Of a DNA stretch of 19,967 nucleotides, positions 1-11,014 are shown in pieces. Made by a program: the position numbers and the translations under genes. The notes under the pieces were generated by a model. The model had not been told where the DNA came from, did not search any database, and saw only the letters and a list, made by a program, of their open reading frames with translations. Each line of letters opens with the position of its first letter. Positions within the stretch are counted from its first letter, which is position 1. Source of the DNA: Octopus sinensis (taxonomy: Eukaryota). Location: positions 1 to 19,967 of the forward strand of contig NW_021824049.1 in NCBI RefSeq assembly GCF_006345805.1, read 5' to 3'.

Positions 1-329
1 ATTTCAATATCACACTTAATAGAAATTCATTTGCGAAGAGAAAAAAAAAAAAAACAGAACAGAAACATACTTGGTAAGCAAAGTAAGTGATGATGTCATT
101 GATAATTGACCAATCAGAATGGATTAAAATGAGATACAGCGAACAAACAAGAGCAAAAACAAAAATAGGCAATAAAAGAAAACGCAGAAAAAATACAATT
201 GTCTCTGCTTGTACGAATAAGTTGTTGACCCGGTGTGATGAGGTGCTGGTGAGGGAATGTTGTAGCGTTCATGATATGGGGTGAATAGCTATATGGTATT
301 ATTATGCTTGGTATGGTGTGTGTGGGTGG

Positions 330-389
330 GTGCTATGTTTGTGCATAAGTGTGTGTGTGTGTGTTGTGTGTGTGTGTGTGTGTGTGTGG
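330..389. repeat. (TG)n microsatellite in a TG-rich tract
   Basis: Interrupted GT dinucleotide run seen directly. Confidence 0.9.
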
Positions 390-751
390 ATGTGTGCGTT
401 GGTGTTGTGCAGAGCATATGGCGTGATAATCTGTGGTATACCACTCTTGTTGTTGTTTTGTTGTTGTTTAGCCTCAGGTCGGTCCTGTTTGAGCAAACTC
501 TATGATCAAAATACATTCTGTGACCACCTGCCGTCTTTTACGCGTACCCTTCCATTACAAACGTATCCTGTATCCTTCGGTTTGTTAAGTCTCTTTAGCG
601 GAGAAAAGGGCAAACTTTTTCGAGAAACGGGCCGCATGGGACATAACTCATCGTCAGTCGGGCCACACTACTAAAAAAGAAGCCAAAGTAACTTTTCGTT
701 TAGGCGTTCCATTCCGAGAGTCCCGCGAAATATAGTTAGCCCAGGACTACT

Positions 752-834
752 AAAGCGTGTAATTTGAGGCAACAATAGCTACAATTTCTAACAGATAGAT
801 AGACTGCAGAGAGGTCCCCAGCATTAGCACATGC
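752..834. repeat. About 83-bp dispersed repeat fragment, copy 1
   Basis: AAAGCGTGTAATTTGAGGCAACAAT...CTGCAGAGAGG aligns at about 90% identity with 1589-1670 (manual alignment). Confidence 0.85.
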
Positions 835-1517
835 TTGTGTCGTCTAAGGACCCTAAGTCAGTGAGATCATGCACTCGTATACCTGTTAGTATATTATCCG
901 AATGTATAGTATTAAATATCCATCACGGCGGATCTTACCAATCGGTTTCGTGTAATGAATAGAACGGGGTGTTAGGTAACAAACCGACTATATAACTTTA
1001 CGCTCATCAAAGATAGCCGATATGGAAGGGAATATGGCAACTGCTCTCTATTGTAGGATGTGGATTGGCACAACCGGTCAGCGGCTGCTATGAAAAAAGT
1101 GATGAAACGAAAAAGGGTCCACGGAATTGGGTTAGGAGTCATGGTCCTTGGTTGGGTATGTTCTTGAAGTGGGGAATGTGTGTATTATGGGGTGTGTGGT
1201 ATGTGTTGCGGTGTATAATTTTTTCCGGGGGTGTAGGTATATATATAACTGTATTTGTTGGTCTGTTTTCTTTCTGTAAAGGATAAAGTCGTGGTTTTTT
1301 TTTATATAGCGTGCAGTGTGTAATGTGTAATGTGTGTATTGGGTCTGCTTATATGTGGGGGTACAATTTGCGTGAGGAGGTATATGTTGGGGGTGGGAGA
1401 TAGTTATTTGCGGGGTGTCTGCCTTATTGGGGTGTGCGTGTGTATACATCGGTGCATTGGTGTGTGCTTTGGTCAAAGCACGCACGCACACACACGCATG
1501 CGCGCACATACATATAC

Positions 1518-1592
1518 GCAACGGGCTTCTTTCAATTTCCGTCTACCAAATTCACTCACAAGGCCGTAATCGGCCCGAGATTAAAGAAAAAG
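1518..1592 (-). mobile_element. SINE family B internal fragment
   Basis: GGGCTTCTTTCAATTTCCGTCTACCAAATTCACTCACAAGG matches the full-length B copies; 68/75 identical to 2115-2189. Confidence 0.8.
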
Positions 1593-1670
1593 CGTGTAAT
1601 TTGAGGCAACAATAACTACAATTTCTAGCAGGTAGATAGACTGCAGAGAGGCCCCCACATTGGCAAATAC
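1589..1670. repeat. About 83-bp dispersed repeat fragment, copy 2
   Basis: Direct copy of 752-834. Confidence 0.85.
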
Positions 1671-1794
1671 CGAGGTACAAGTATGATATGGCATAGGGTT
1701 TGGAGTATTGAGTGGTATGAAACGGTATATGATGTAGCTCGGAGTGGTGGTGTACTATGCACTATTTTGAAGTGTGTAGTGTGATGGATTATAG

Positions 1795-1860
1795 CAGTGG
1801 TTCCCAAACTTTTTCAGGCTATCGCTCCCTTGGCACCTAGCTACATTCCTAGCGCCCCCC
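1795..1860 (+). mobile_element. Left end of a non-autonomous hAT (Charlie-like) DNA transposon
   Basis: Starts CAGTGGTTCCCAAACTTTTT, a typical hAT-Charlie terminus. No matching right TIR found, so truncated. Confidence 0.55.
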
Positions 1861-1976
1861 AAAGAAAAACACTCACCACAAACAAAGACCACTTTCTGCA
1901 TCAACCTCAAAACAACTGTATTTCACACGTAAAATTTAACCCCAAGATTCCGAGTTCGATTCTAGGTAGTGACCTG

Positions 1977-1994
1977 AATAATAATAATAATAAT

Positions 1995-2031
<37 letters not shown>

Positions 2032-2058
2032 GAAGAAGAAGAAGAAGAAGAAGAAGAA

Positions 2059-2092
<34 letters not shown>
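1977..2092. repeat. Compound (AAT)n-(AAG)n-(AAT)n microsatellite
   Basis: Seen directly. Confidence 0.97.
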
Positions 2093-2093
<1 letters not shown>

Positions 2094-2114
2094 CACATAG
2101 ACTCACAGATATAT

Positions 2115-2277
2115 GCAACGGGCTTCTTTCAGTTTCTGTCTACCAAATCCACTCACAAGGCTTTGGTCGGCCCGAGATTAAAGAAAAAGAAATTTGCCAA
2201 GCAGTGGGACTGAACCCAGGACCAGGAACAATGCGTTTGCGAAGCCATCTTCTTTACCACACAGCCACTCCACCGCC
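2115..2277 (-). mobile_element. SINE family B, diverged 5' half
   Basis: Reverse complement gives a GAGTGGCTGTGTGGTAAAG head and GGTTCAGTCCCACTGC box-B region, then GTGAGTGGATTTGGTAGACAGAAACTGAAAGAAGCCCG. Confidence 0.85.
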
Positions 2278-2349
2278 AATGTTTGCGTATGTTGTTCTAA
2301 TAAACTCTGATGAGTTATCTTTATTTCCCATTTCCTTTCCCCTCGATTT

Positions 2350-2385
2350 TACAAATTGTAAAGGTAATTTATGGACACCCCTGTA
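2350..2385 (-). mobile_element. Single Tc1/mariner-type terminal inverted repeat with TA target
   Basis: Reverse complement TA|CAGGGGTGTCCATAAATTACCTTTACAATTTG resembles CAGGGTGTCC-type mariner termini. Partner TIR not found. Confidence 0.5.
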
Positions 2386-2544
2386 TAAGGCCTAGCGTGA
2401 ATTATTAAATGCGTTGTTTATGGATGGTGCTATGGTGTGTATGGTTCGAGGCCACATGATGTGGTGTCTTATAGTGTGTTGTGTGTGATATCGTTCGATG
2501 TATGCTATGAGACTTGGTATGTAGTAATGTAGTAATCTGAAACC

Positions 2545-3152
<608 letters not shown>

Positions 3153-3342
3153 GTATGGTTTATGGGGTCTAGGCTATTGTATATAGTGTAGTGTTAAACA
3201 TTGGAACGGTAGATATTGCTGCAATGACGACCCAGTAAATATTATTTAGGACAAGTAAACATTATTAAACCTTGAGTGTTGTTATCGTTATTCGTTAGTC
3301 AAGTGGCCAGGGGTTCCCTAGTTACAGCATAAAATATGCAAT

Positions 3343-3640
3343 AATGATGGGCGTGGGAGGTGTTGTTGTTGTTGTTGTTGATGGTGGTGATGATGATGAT
3401 GGTGGTGTTCGTGGTGTTAGTTGTGGTGGTTGTGGCATCGACGACGACGACGATGATGATGATGATGATGATGACGATGATATGATGATGATTGATGATG
3501 ATGATGATGATGATGACGATGATGATGATGATGATGATAATGATGATGACGATGATGATGATGATGATGATGATGACGATGACGATGACGATGATGATGA
3601 TAATGATGATAATGATGATGACGATGATGACGATGATGAC

Positions 3641-3682
<42 letters not shown>

Positions 3683-3731
3683 CGATGATGACGATGATGA
3701 CGATGATGATGATGATGATGATGATGATGAC

Positions 3732-3762
<31 letters not shown>

Positions 3763-4050
3763 TTGATAGCGGTGGTAGTGTTAATGATGGCTGTGGTTTT
3801 GGTGTAGGCGGTGGTGTTTGTCATTATGGCGGTGGTGTTGATGGTGGTGGTGGTGGTGGTGATGGCGGTGGTGGTGGTGGTGACACTTGTGATAGTGGTC
3901 ATGCTGATGGTTTGTGATGGTGGTGGCGGTGACGGTGGTGGTGGTGGTAATGACGGTGATGTTGGCGTTGGTGGCGGCGTTAGTGGTGGTGGTAGTGGTG
4001 GTCGTGGTGGTCGTGACAGTGGTGGTGTCGGTGGTATTGTTAGTAGTAAT
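3343..4050. repeat. (GAT)n with GAC interruptions grading into (GGT)n-rich low-complexity sequence
   Basis: Seen directly. Confidence 0.95.
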
Positions 4051-4244
4051 GGGGAGTAGGGTGGGGTTAAAAGGTGCTGGGGTGCAGATGTAATATCTGG
4101 AGAAGTGAAAGAGATGCAAATGGGTGGCGATAATAAATCTTAAATTATTGACTAATTATTGTTATTTTAGATTGTTCTCATTATGTCTACACACACACAC
4201 CTACGCATTCTACCTGTATACACACAAAGACTCAGACTGTGTAA

Positions 4245-4455
4245 GTATGTATGCATGTATGTAGGTATGTGTGTGTATGTATGTATATATTATGTATGTA
4301 TGTATGTATGTATGTATGTATGTATGGTATGTGAATATATGTATACGTTTGTATACATGTATATATATGTGTGTGTGTTTGTGTGTGTGCGTGTGTACAT
4401 ATGCATATATTCAGATAGAGAGGAGAGAGAGAGAGAGAGAGAAAGATAGATAAAG

Positions 4456-4489
<34 letters not shown>

Positions 4490-4634
4490 CAGGATGGATT
4501 GTGTGTATATATATGTATTATATATATATATACCCGCATATATACATATGTATATTACATATACATACATACACACATATATATATATACGAGTGTATGT
4601 ATGTATGTATGTATGTATGTATGTATTATGTATG

Positions 4635-4665
<31 letters not shown>

Positions 4666-4750
4666 GTATGTATGTAAGTATGTATGTGAATATATGTATA
4701 CGTTCGTATACATGTATATATGTGTGTGTGTGCGTTGGTACATAGCATAT

Positions 4751-4793
<43 letters not shown>

Positions 4794-4848
4794 GATAGAT
4801 AAATAGATAGATAGATAGCAGGATGGATTGTGTGTATATATATATATG

Positions 4849-4887
<39 letters not shown>

Positions 4888-5305
4888 ATATGTATATTAC
4901 ATATACATACATACTCACACACACACATACACACACACATACGAGTGTATGTATGTATGTATGTATGTATTATGTATGTGAATATATGTATACGTTTGTA
5001 TACATGTATATATATGTGTGTGTGCGTGTGTGTGCGTGTGTACATATGCATTTATTCAGAGAGAGAGAGGAGAGAGAGAGAGAGAGGAGAGAGAGTGAGA
5101 GAGAAATAGATAGATAAAGAGATAGATAGATAGATAGATAGCAGGATGGATTGTGTGTATATATATGTATATATATATATACACGCATATATACATATGT
5201 ATATTACATATACATACATACACACACATACACACACATATATATATATATTACGAGTGTATGTATGCATGTATGTATTATGTATGTATGTATGTATGTA
5301 TGTAA
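4245..5305. repeat. About three tandem copies of a roughly 330-bp unit built from several microsatellites
   Basis: Anchors recur: GCAGGATGGATTGTGTGTATA at 4489/4818/5141, GTGAATATATGTATACG at 4331/4686/4978, ACGAGTG at 4589/4941/5253. Confidence 0.95.
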
Positions 5306-5505
5306 TGTACGAGTGAATCTATATTTACATACGGTGACTACGACCGCCATTCAAATTTGAGGATGACTCGGTAATATCTTGTATAGTTTCGGAAATCAAT
5401 TCAGATCCCCATGAAACCCTCTCGACACACTCAGATACCCTCTCGACACACTCAGCAGGGATACTCTAACAGCTGGAGGTAGAGAAAGCTGCATCAAATA
5501 CCAAT

Positions 5506-5570
5506 GCTAGTATTCTATTTATGAAAAGAAAAGTTGACCCCTGGTGATTTGAACTCGGAAAGCCAGAACA
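5506..5570 (-). mobile_element. Strongly decayed SINE family A fragment
   Basis: ATGAAAAGAAAAGTTGACCCCTGGTGATTTGAACTCGGAA resembles ATGAAAGGCAAAGTCGACCTCGGCGGAATTTGAACTCAGAA at 15430-15470. Confidence 0.5.
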
Positions 5571-5917
5571 AGCTCAGCAATACATTTTACTCGTTTCAAT
5601 CAGTATATCGTAAAGAACGTTGGCTTTCTTTTGTCACTTTTCTATTTGTCACTTTTCTATTATTATTTCGTAAATGTTGGTTGGTATAGCTTCCACCTTA
5701 TGAATCTTCCGCTCTGAATGCATGTCAAAATAATATTCTCTTTTGACTAGGACAAAGCAATTACAAACAGAGACAGCAACATATACCATGCTTTCACGGC
5801 GAGCCTCTCGACTTTCATACCAAGGATGTGACATGTGGGGAAAGAAAGAGAGAGAAAGGAAGAAAGAAAGAAAGAAAGAAAGAGATGCACTAGTACTAAG
5901 GATGGTACTTATTTCAG

Positions 5918-6062
5918 GTAACTTAGCGGTTCGGTAAAAGTGACCGATAGAATAAGTACTAGGCTTACAAAGAATAAGTCCTGGGGTCGATTTGATCGAC
6001 TAAAGGCGGTGCTCCAGCATGGCCGCAGTCAAATGACTGAAACAAGTAAAAGAGTAAAAGAG
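5918..6062 (+). mobile_element. SINE family B, 5'-truncated 3' half
   Basis: ACTTAGCGGTTCGG...GGCGGTGCTCCAGCATGGCCGCAGTCAAATGACTGAAACAAGTAAAAGAGTAAAAGAG is the reverse complement of the 3' part of the copies at 17002 and 19136. Confidence 0.92.
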
Positions 6063-6064
6063 GG

Positions 6065-6540
6065 TAATTATCAACGGATTTGGAATCATATCCTAAATTT
6101 TGTGGTAATTGATCCAAGCCATTCCCAAATTTGTACTCCTTCGCTTACAGTCTTGCATTGCTATTTTGTCTATCAGTAATTGGTCTTTTTAGTACCTCTG
6201 AATTTCTTCCTACAATCTTTTTGTTTCATAAGTAAAATATCACTATTATCACGAAATTTGTACGTTTCTTTTGCAATTCCACATTAATGGAAGGCAAGAA
6301 ATTGCCCTCTTATTTGTCAGCAGCATTTCATTTCGATACATCTTTCAAGCACAACACTGTTCATCCTTTGGTCAACCACTCTGAAATTTTATCTGTTCCA
6401 TCAATCAAATGCATTAACTTACTGCTTTGCAATCAATTTATTATGGTACCCGCTTAACTGTTTTTTTTAATCCAAAATCCTTGTACACCCTCAGGTCCTG
6501 CTACTTTCCAATGGCTCATCTTTTTGCTCATATTTCTGAT
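6065..6540 (-). pseudogene. Decayed reverse-transcriptase fragment of an R4/Dong-like (restriction-like endonuclease clade) non-LTR retrotransposon
   Basis: Manual minus-strand translation across frameshifts and stops gives [92 protein letters not shown]. This is colinear with the WKAPGPDG...RPITCLP..WK...QKG....RG..DQLLIDK...AWIDYKKAYD pattern of R4-clade RTs. Confidence 0.9.
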
Positions 6541-6752
6541 ACTGTTCTCACAACAATTCTGTAGGGTATTCTCAACCATTTTATTAAGTGTCGAAGTTTG
6601 AATGGGATTGGCCTAACGCCTCGATTATAATTAGCATCTCTTTTACAGTACCCTATAGCACTCCAAACAGTCTTATGGCGGTGGCTTGGCCAAACCCTTG
6701 ACGATACATCACCCCTTAAGACCTTGTGCCTCTATTAGGGACACTTAGTAAC

Positions 6753-7186
6753 AGGGTGATAAACTGGCAGAATCGTTAGAGCGTTGGAAAATGCCTTCTG
6801 ATATTTGCTCCGACACTTGACGTTCTTAATTCAAAACCCAGAGGTCAATGTTGCCTTTTCGTTAGAGCGTCGGAAAATGCCTTGTGATATTTGCTCCAAC
6901 ACTTGACGTTCTTAATTCAAATCCCAGAGGTCAGAGTTGACTTTTCGTTAGAGCGTCGGAAAATGCCTTGTGATATTTGCTCCAACACTTGACGTTCTTA
7001 ATTCAAATCCCAGGGGTCAACGTTGCCTTTTATTTTTTCATGGTTGATAAATGTAAGAATCAGTTAAATTCTTGAATCGATGATACCAGGGTTGTTTAAT
7101 TCCCTAAATTAGATGGCTTGTGCGACTAGCGACTATCCCGCTCCCCACAAATTCCAGGCCTTGTGACTTTCGTATAAAGGATTATT
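6753..7186 (+). mobile_element. Diverged SINE family A copy with internal triplication and ATT-ending tail
   Basis: Head AGGGTGATAAACTGGCAGAATCGTTAG resembles AGGCGGCGAGCTGGCAGAAACGTTAG. The body follows family A order and ends GGCCTTGTGACTTTCGTATAAAGGATTATT. Confidence 0.75.
6774..7031 (+). repeat. Three tandem 86-bp units
   Basis: Units start CGTTAGAGCG at 6774, 6860 and 6946; 7 differences between units 1 and 2, 4 between units 2 and 3. Confidence 0.97.
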
Positions 7187-7187
7187 A

Positions 7188-7383
7188 AGGCGGCGAGCTG
7201 GTAGAATAGATGGTACGACCGACAAAATGGTTAGCTTTAAGCTTTAAGTTCAAATTCCGCCGAGGCTGTCTTACCTTTTCATCCTTTTGGGACCGAAAAA
7301 TTAAGCACCAGTTGAACATTTGGGTCGATGTAATCACCTTAGCCCCTCCCCCAAATTGCTGGCCTTGTACCAAAATCTGAAAC

Positions 7384-7384
<1 letters not shown>
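7188..7384 (+). mobile_element. SINE family A, alternative-tail subfamily
   Basis: AGGCGGCGAGCTGGTAGAA head, AAGTTCAAATTCC box B and family A body. Tail CCCCTCCCCCAAATTGCTGGCCTTGTACCAAAATCTGAAACC runs into (ATT)n. Confidence 0.85.
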
Positions 7385-7440
<56 letters not shown>

Positions 7441-7441
7441 C

Positions 7442-7524
<83 letters not shown>

Positions 7525-7564
7525 TATTATTATTATCATTATTATTATTATCATTATTATTATC

Positions 7565-7639
<75 letters not shown>

Positions 7640-7640
7640 T
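7385..7640. repeat. (ATT)/(ATC) microsatellite continuing the SINE tail
   Basis: Seen directly. Confidence 0.97.
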
Positions 7641-7916
7641 TCTATGTTTGAGTTTTGCTTTATATTGTACAAGTTGGCTCCAAGTCTCACCAGAGACCTC
7701 AAGAGACAACAGGTTGGAAGTTCATGTTGTTGTTATGCCTAGTGTGCCATATTTTGGGGGGAGGGAGAGTTTTGGTGTTTTACTAATGATGTCTAAAAAA
7801 AAATTTTTTTTTTAATTTTTAAAACCGAAATATGTTTGTTTTAAACCTTGTGATTACATAGAAAGTAATTTGTGTAGGATATGAGCAGTTCCCATGAGCA
7901 CTATCTTTGAATTTCT

Positions 7917-7917
7917 G

Positions 7918-7954
<37 letters not shown>

Positions 7955-8068
7955 TATTATTATTATTATTATTATCTTATTATTATTATTATTATTATTA
8001 TCATTATTATTATTATTAATCATTATTATTATTATCATTATTATTATCATTATCATTGTTGTTGTTGC

Positions 8069-8104
<36 letters not shown>

Positions 8105-8149
8105 CATTATTATTATCATTATTATTATCATTATCATTGTTGTTGTTGC

Positions 8150-8183
<34 letters not shown>

Positions 8184-8205
8184 GTTGTTGTTGTTGTTGT
8201 TGTTT
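7917..8205. repeat. (ATT)/(ATC)/(GTT) compound microsatellite with an 81-bp internal duplication
   Basis: The GTTGTTGTTGCTGTTATT block recurs 81 bp apart (GCTG at 8067 and 8148). Confidence 0.95.
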
Positions 8206-9108
8206 AATTAGAAAAAGAGGAAGATATCTAAGCACTATATAAATGGAAACACAATTTTCTTTTCATCTTTTTCTCTCATTCTTCCTCTCTTTCTCTCTCA
8301 CTCACTTTTATTTATTTATTTATTTTATTATATTTTTTTTTTGAATGAGTCTTTCTTTTGCTCGAGATTGTCAATATCCGGGATCCGGCAGAAGGGGGAA
8401 AAAAAAAAGAAAAAAGACGAGTGTCCCTTATCGCTTTTATTACTCCCCCCCCCGCCACCCTTGTTTTCTTTCCCTTTTTTTCCAATTATTATTCCACCTA
8501 CTTTTTTCAATTACAACTTTTTGGCGCTTTTGCTTTTGTTTGTCTTTCGATGGCGGGAGGACATTTACGTCATCTCCCCTTGACAAACCATCAGCATCAG
8601 AACTTACTCCGAGTTTTCCGATATTAATGAGTACCAAAAAAGATGAACAACATAATAAAAAATACTTCTTTTTATGTTTATTTATTTTTTTGTTGTTGCT
8701 GTACTTTTAGTTGTTGTTATTATTTTTGGCGTTGTAATTTTCCATGGATCTTCCCAATCTAATTCCATGAACAAAAACAAATTTTTTTTTTCGTGGGGAT
8801 GAGTGGAGAGGCGAGGCCCAAAACGGAGGAGGAACACACTTAGTTTTCCTTTCGTAAATACTATCAACATTACCAAAGACATTCATAATATATCTTCTTT
8901 GATACATATCCTATTTTATGCATTGGCTATTGATCAATAATCGATAACAAAATTCGACTCACGCTCACATTTAACTCCAATATATTGCTAATCAATCAAA
9001 CCTTAAAGAATAAGACACATTTTGCAGTCTTTCCCTCGCTGTTGTTGTTGTTGTTACTGTTATTGTTTGTAGTCCTCGTGGGCGTGTGTTTGTGAGTGTG
9101 CGCGTGCG

Positions 9109-9144
<36 letters not shown>

Positions 9145-9349
9145 TAGTGTTCTTTTGGTATTATTGATGTTATTGCCGTTGTTGTTGTTGTTGATGGAGT
9201 GATTAATTGGTGTTATTGTTGCCTTTGTTTTAAATATTTATTAATAATTGTTGTTGTTGTTATTATCATCATCATGATCATTTTCTCCTTTAACATATGC
9301 ACAGAGGCGGTGATGTGGTATGGTTTTGACTGCGATAGCAAACTAATGA

Positions 9350-9411
9350 TTTTATATATAATATGTATATATATATATTGTAATACATATATGTATGTAT
9401 GTATTATACAT

Positions 9412-9470
<59 letters not shown>
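9350..9470. repeat. (TA)n microsatellite
   Basis: Seen directly. Confidence 0.97.
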
Positions 9471-9472
<2 letters not shown>

Positions 9473-9763
9473 GAGAGTTTACGAAAAAAAAACAACAAAG
9501 GACGAAGACAGGTGGTGTACAAAACAAACAGATGTATTAGTATAACGCTCAGGAATAGGAAAAGTCTTTTACGTTTCGAGCCTACGCTCTTCTACAGAAA
9601 GGTACACAGAAAAAACAAAGAGAGAAACAAGGAGAGAAAAAAATGTGTGTAGTGGCTAACGATCTATCACGGCGACTAGTGCCGGACAGAAGGGAGAGTT
9701 TACGACAAAAAAACAAAAGACGAAGACAGGTGGTGTACAAAACAAATAGATGTATTAGTATAA
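9471..9763 (-). mobile_element. Short Penelope-like/retrozyme-like element: 221-bp unit plus 72-bp partial tandem copy
   Basis: 9471-9545 is repeated at 9692-9763. The element contains a hammerhead motif and is flanked by TA repeats on both sides. Confidence 0.7.
9566..9601 (-). ncRNA. Minimal type I hammerhead ribozyme motif with variant core
   Basis: Minus strand reads CTTT-CTGTAGA-A-GAGC(GTAG)GCTC-GAAA-CGT-A|AAAG: helix I CTTT/AAAG, helix II 4 bp, self-complementary ACGT helix III, GUA triplet. A6 is replaced by U. Confidence 0.65.
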
Positions 9764-9764
9764 T

Positions 9765-10260
9765 GAGTATATATATATATATACTCACACTCGACACACA
9801 TACACACACACCAACTCATACACCAACTCATACACCAACCCACACTCGACACACATACACACACACCAACTCACACTCGACACACACACACACACCAACT
9901 CATACACCAACTCACACTCGACACACACACACACCAACTCACACTCGACACACACACACACACCAACTCATACACACACACTTTTATACACCGACACTCA
10001 CAGACACACACCACCTTGACACAATGCTTCACGACATGCGCACACACAGACACACACATTCTTTCTTCAACACACACACACCATGCCTACATATACACAC
10101 ACGCAAACCACTTCAGCAGACACACAACACATCAACAAACACACTATCTCAATAACATAATACATCACCTTAACGTTGGCTTACACACAAGAAACACGGT
10201 CCCGATATACACACAGGCATACACACACACGCACACACACACACTCACACACACACTCAC
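9765..10260. repeat. (CA)-rich degenerate repeat with recurring CACCAACTCA / CACTCGACAC subunits
   Basis: Seen directly. Confidence 0.9.
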
Positions 10261-10326
10261 ACAATTTCGCATAATGCATCACCATTCACACACCCTCAAC
10301 ACCTCTCTCCCTCCACCAAATAAAAA

Positions 10327-10532
10327 CCTATTTCTTTATTACCCACAAGGGGCTAAACATAGAGGGGACAAACAAGGACAGACATAGGTATTAAGTCGAT
10401 TACATCGACTCCAGTGCGTAACTGGTACTTAATTTATCGACCCCGAAAGGATGAAAGGTAAAGGTAAAGTCGAAACCGTGATCCTATGACCGCGAGTCCG
10501 CTCCCCTAACCACTGTGCCATTGCGCCTCCAC
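10327..10532 (-). mobile_element. Chimeric SINE: family C tRNA head fused to family A body and tail
   Basis: The first 63 nt are 60/63 identical to 12281-12343. The remainder matches family A from GTCGACTTTGCCTTTCATCC onward. The junction is TCGA at 10470-10473. Confidence 0.9.
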
Positions 10533-10746
10533 GCCACCTCAATACCGACAGACACTCCACCAAACTCAGCCTCAACACAATTCCTCTTCTGACACGTTGT
10601 AGGCGTAATTCGATCACCGACTGTTATTGAGTTCATTCATTGATACAGTGAATGGACGCTTGTACAAACATATATCAGCGCAGTCTGTTTGCTTGTGTTT
10701 TTGTTCGCGTTCGTCCATTCATGCACAGCGTATTATGATGAGTCAT

Positions 10747-10749
<3 letters not shown>

Positions 10750-10808
<59 letters not shown>
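10750..10808. repeat. (CA)n microsatellite
   Basis: Seen directly. Confidence 0.98.
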
Positions 10809-10810
<2 letters not shown>

Positions 10811-11014
10811 GCGTGAATGCATGCACGTACAGACACAGACACAGACACACAAACACACAAACACACATACAGACATATCCTCACATGCAGCGCTTACGCG
10901 TAATGTAAAAAGAATGTCTTCCTAAAATATTCGTGTCACTTTGTTTCTGAAGGTTTTTCTTTTTAAATATAATTAATTTCTGTTATATAAATTTTGTCTG
11001 TATCAAGGATTTCT

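Noticed and set aside
90-120. Promoter from TGATGTCA and a GACCAATCAG CCAAT box
   Set aside because: Isolated short motifs with no evidence of a transcription start or downstream gene.
605-670. hAT-like left end (GGGCAAACTTTTT...GGGCCGCA...GGGCCACA)
   Set aside because: Terminal CAG and partner TIR are missing; resemblance only.
2307-2365. Hammerhead starting at CTGATGAG (2307-2314)
   Set aside because: No helix II and no GAAA box downstream (GATT instead).
6774-7031. CRISPR-like array (also considered for 15890-16580)
   Set aside because: Contiguous tandem units with no unique spacers, in a eukaryotic repeat context.
8340-9040. Non-repetitive stretch with clustered ATCAAT/ATCGAT and TACGTCA motifs as an enhancer
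   Set aside because: Motifs are short and expected in AT-rich DNA; conservation or chromatin data would be needed.
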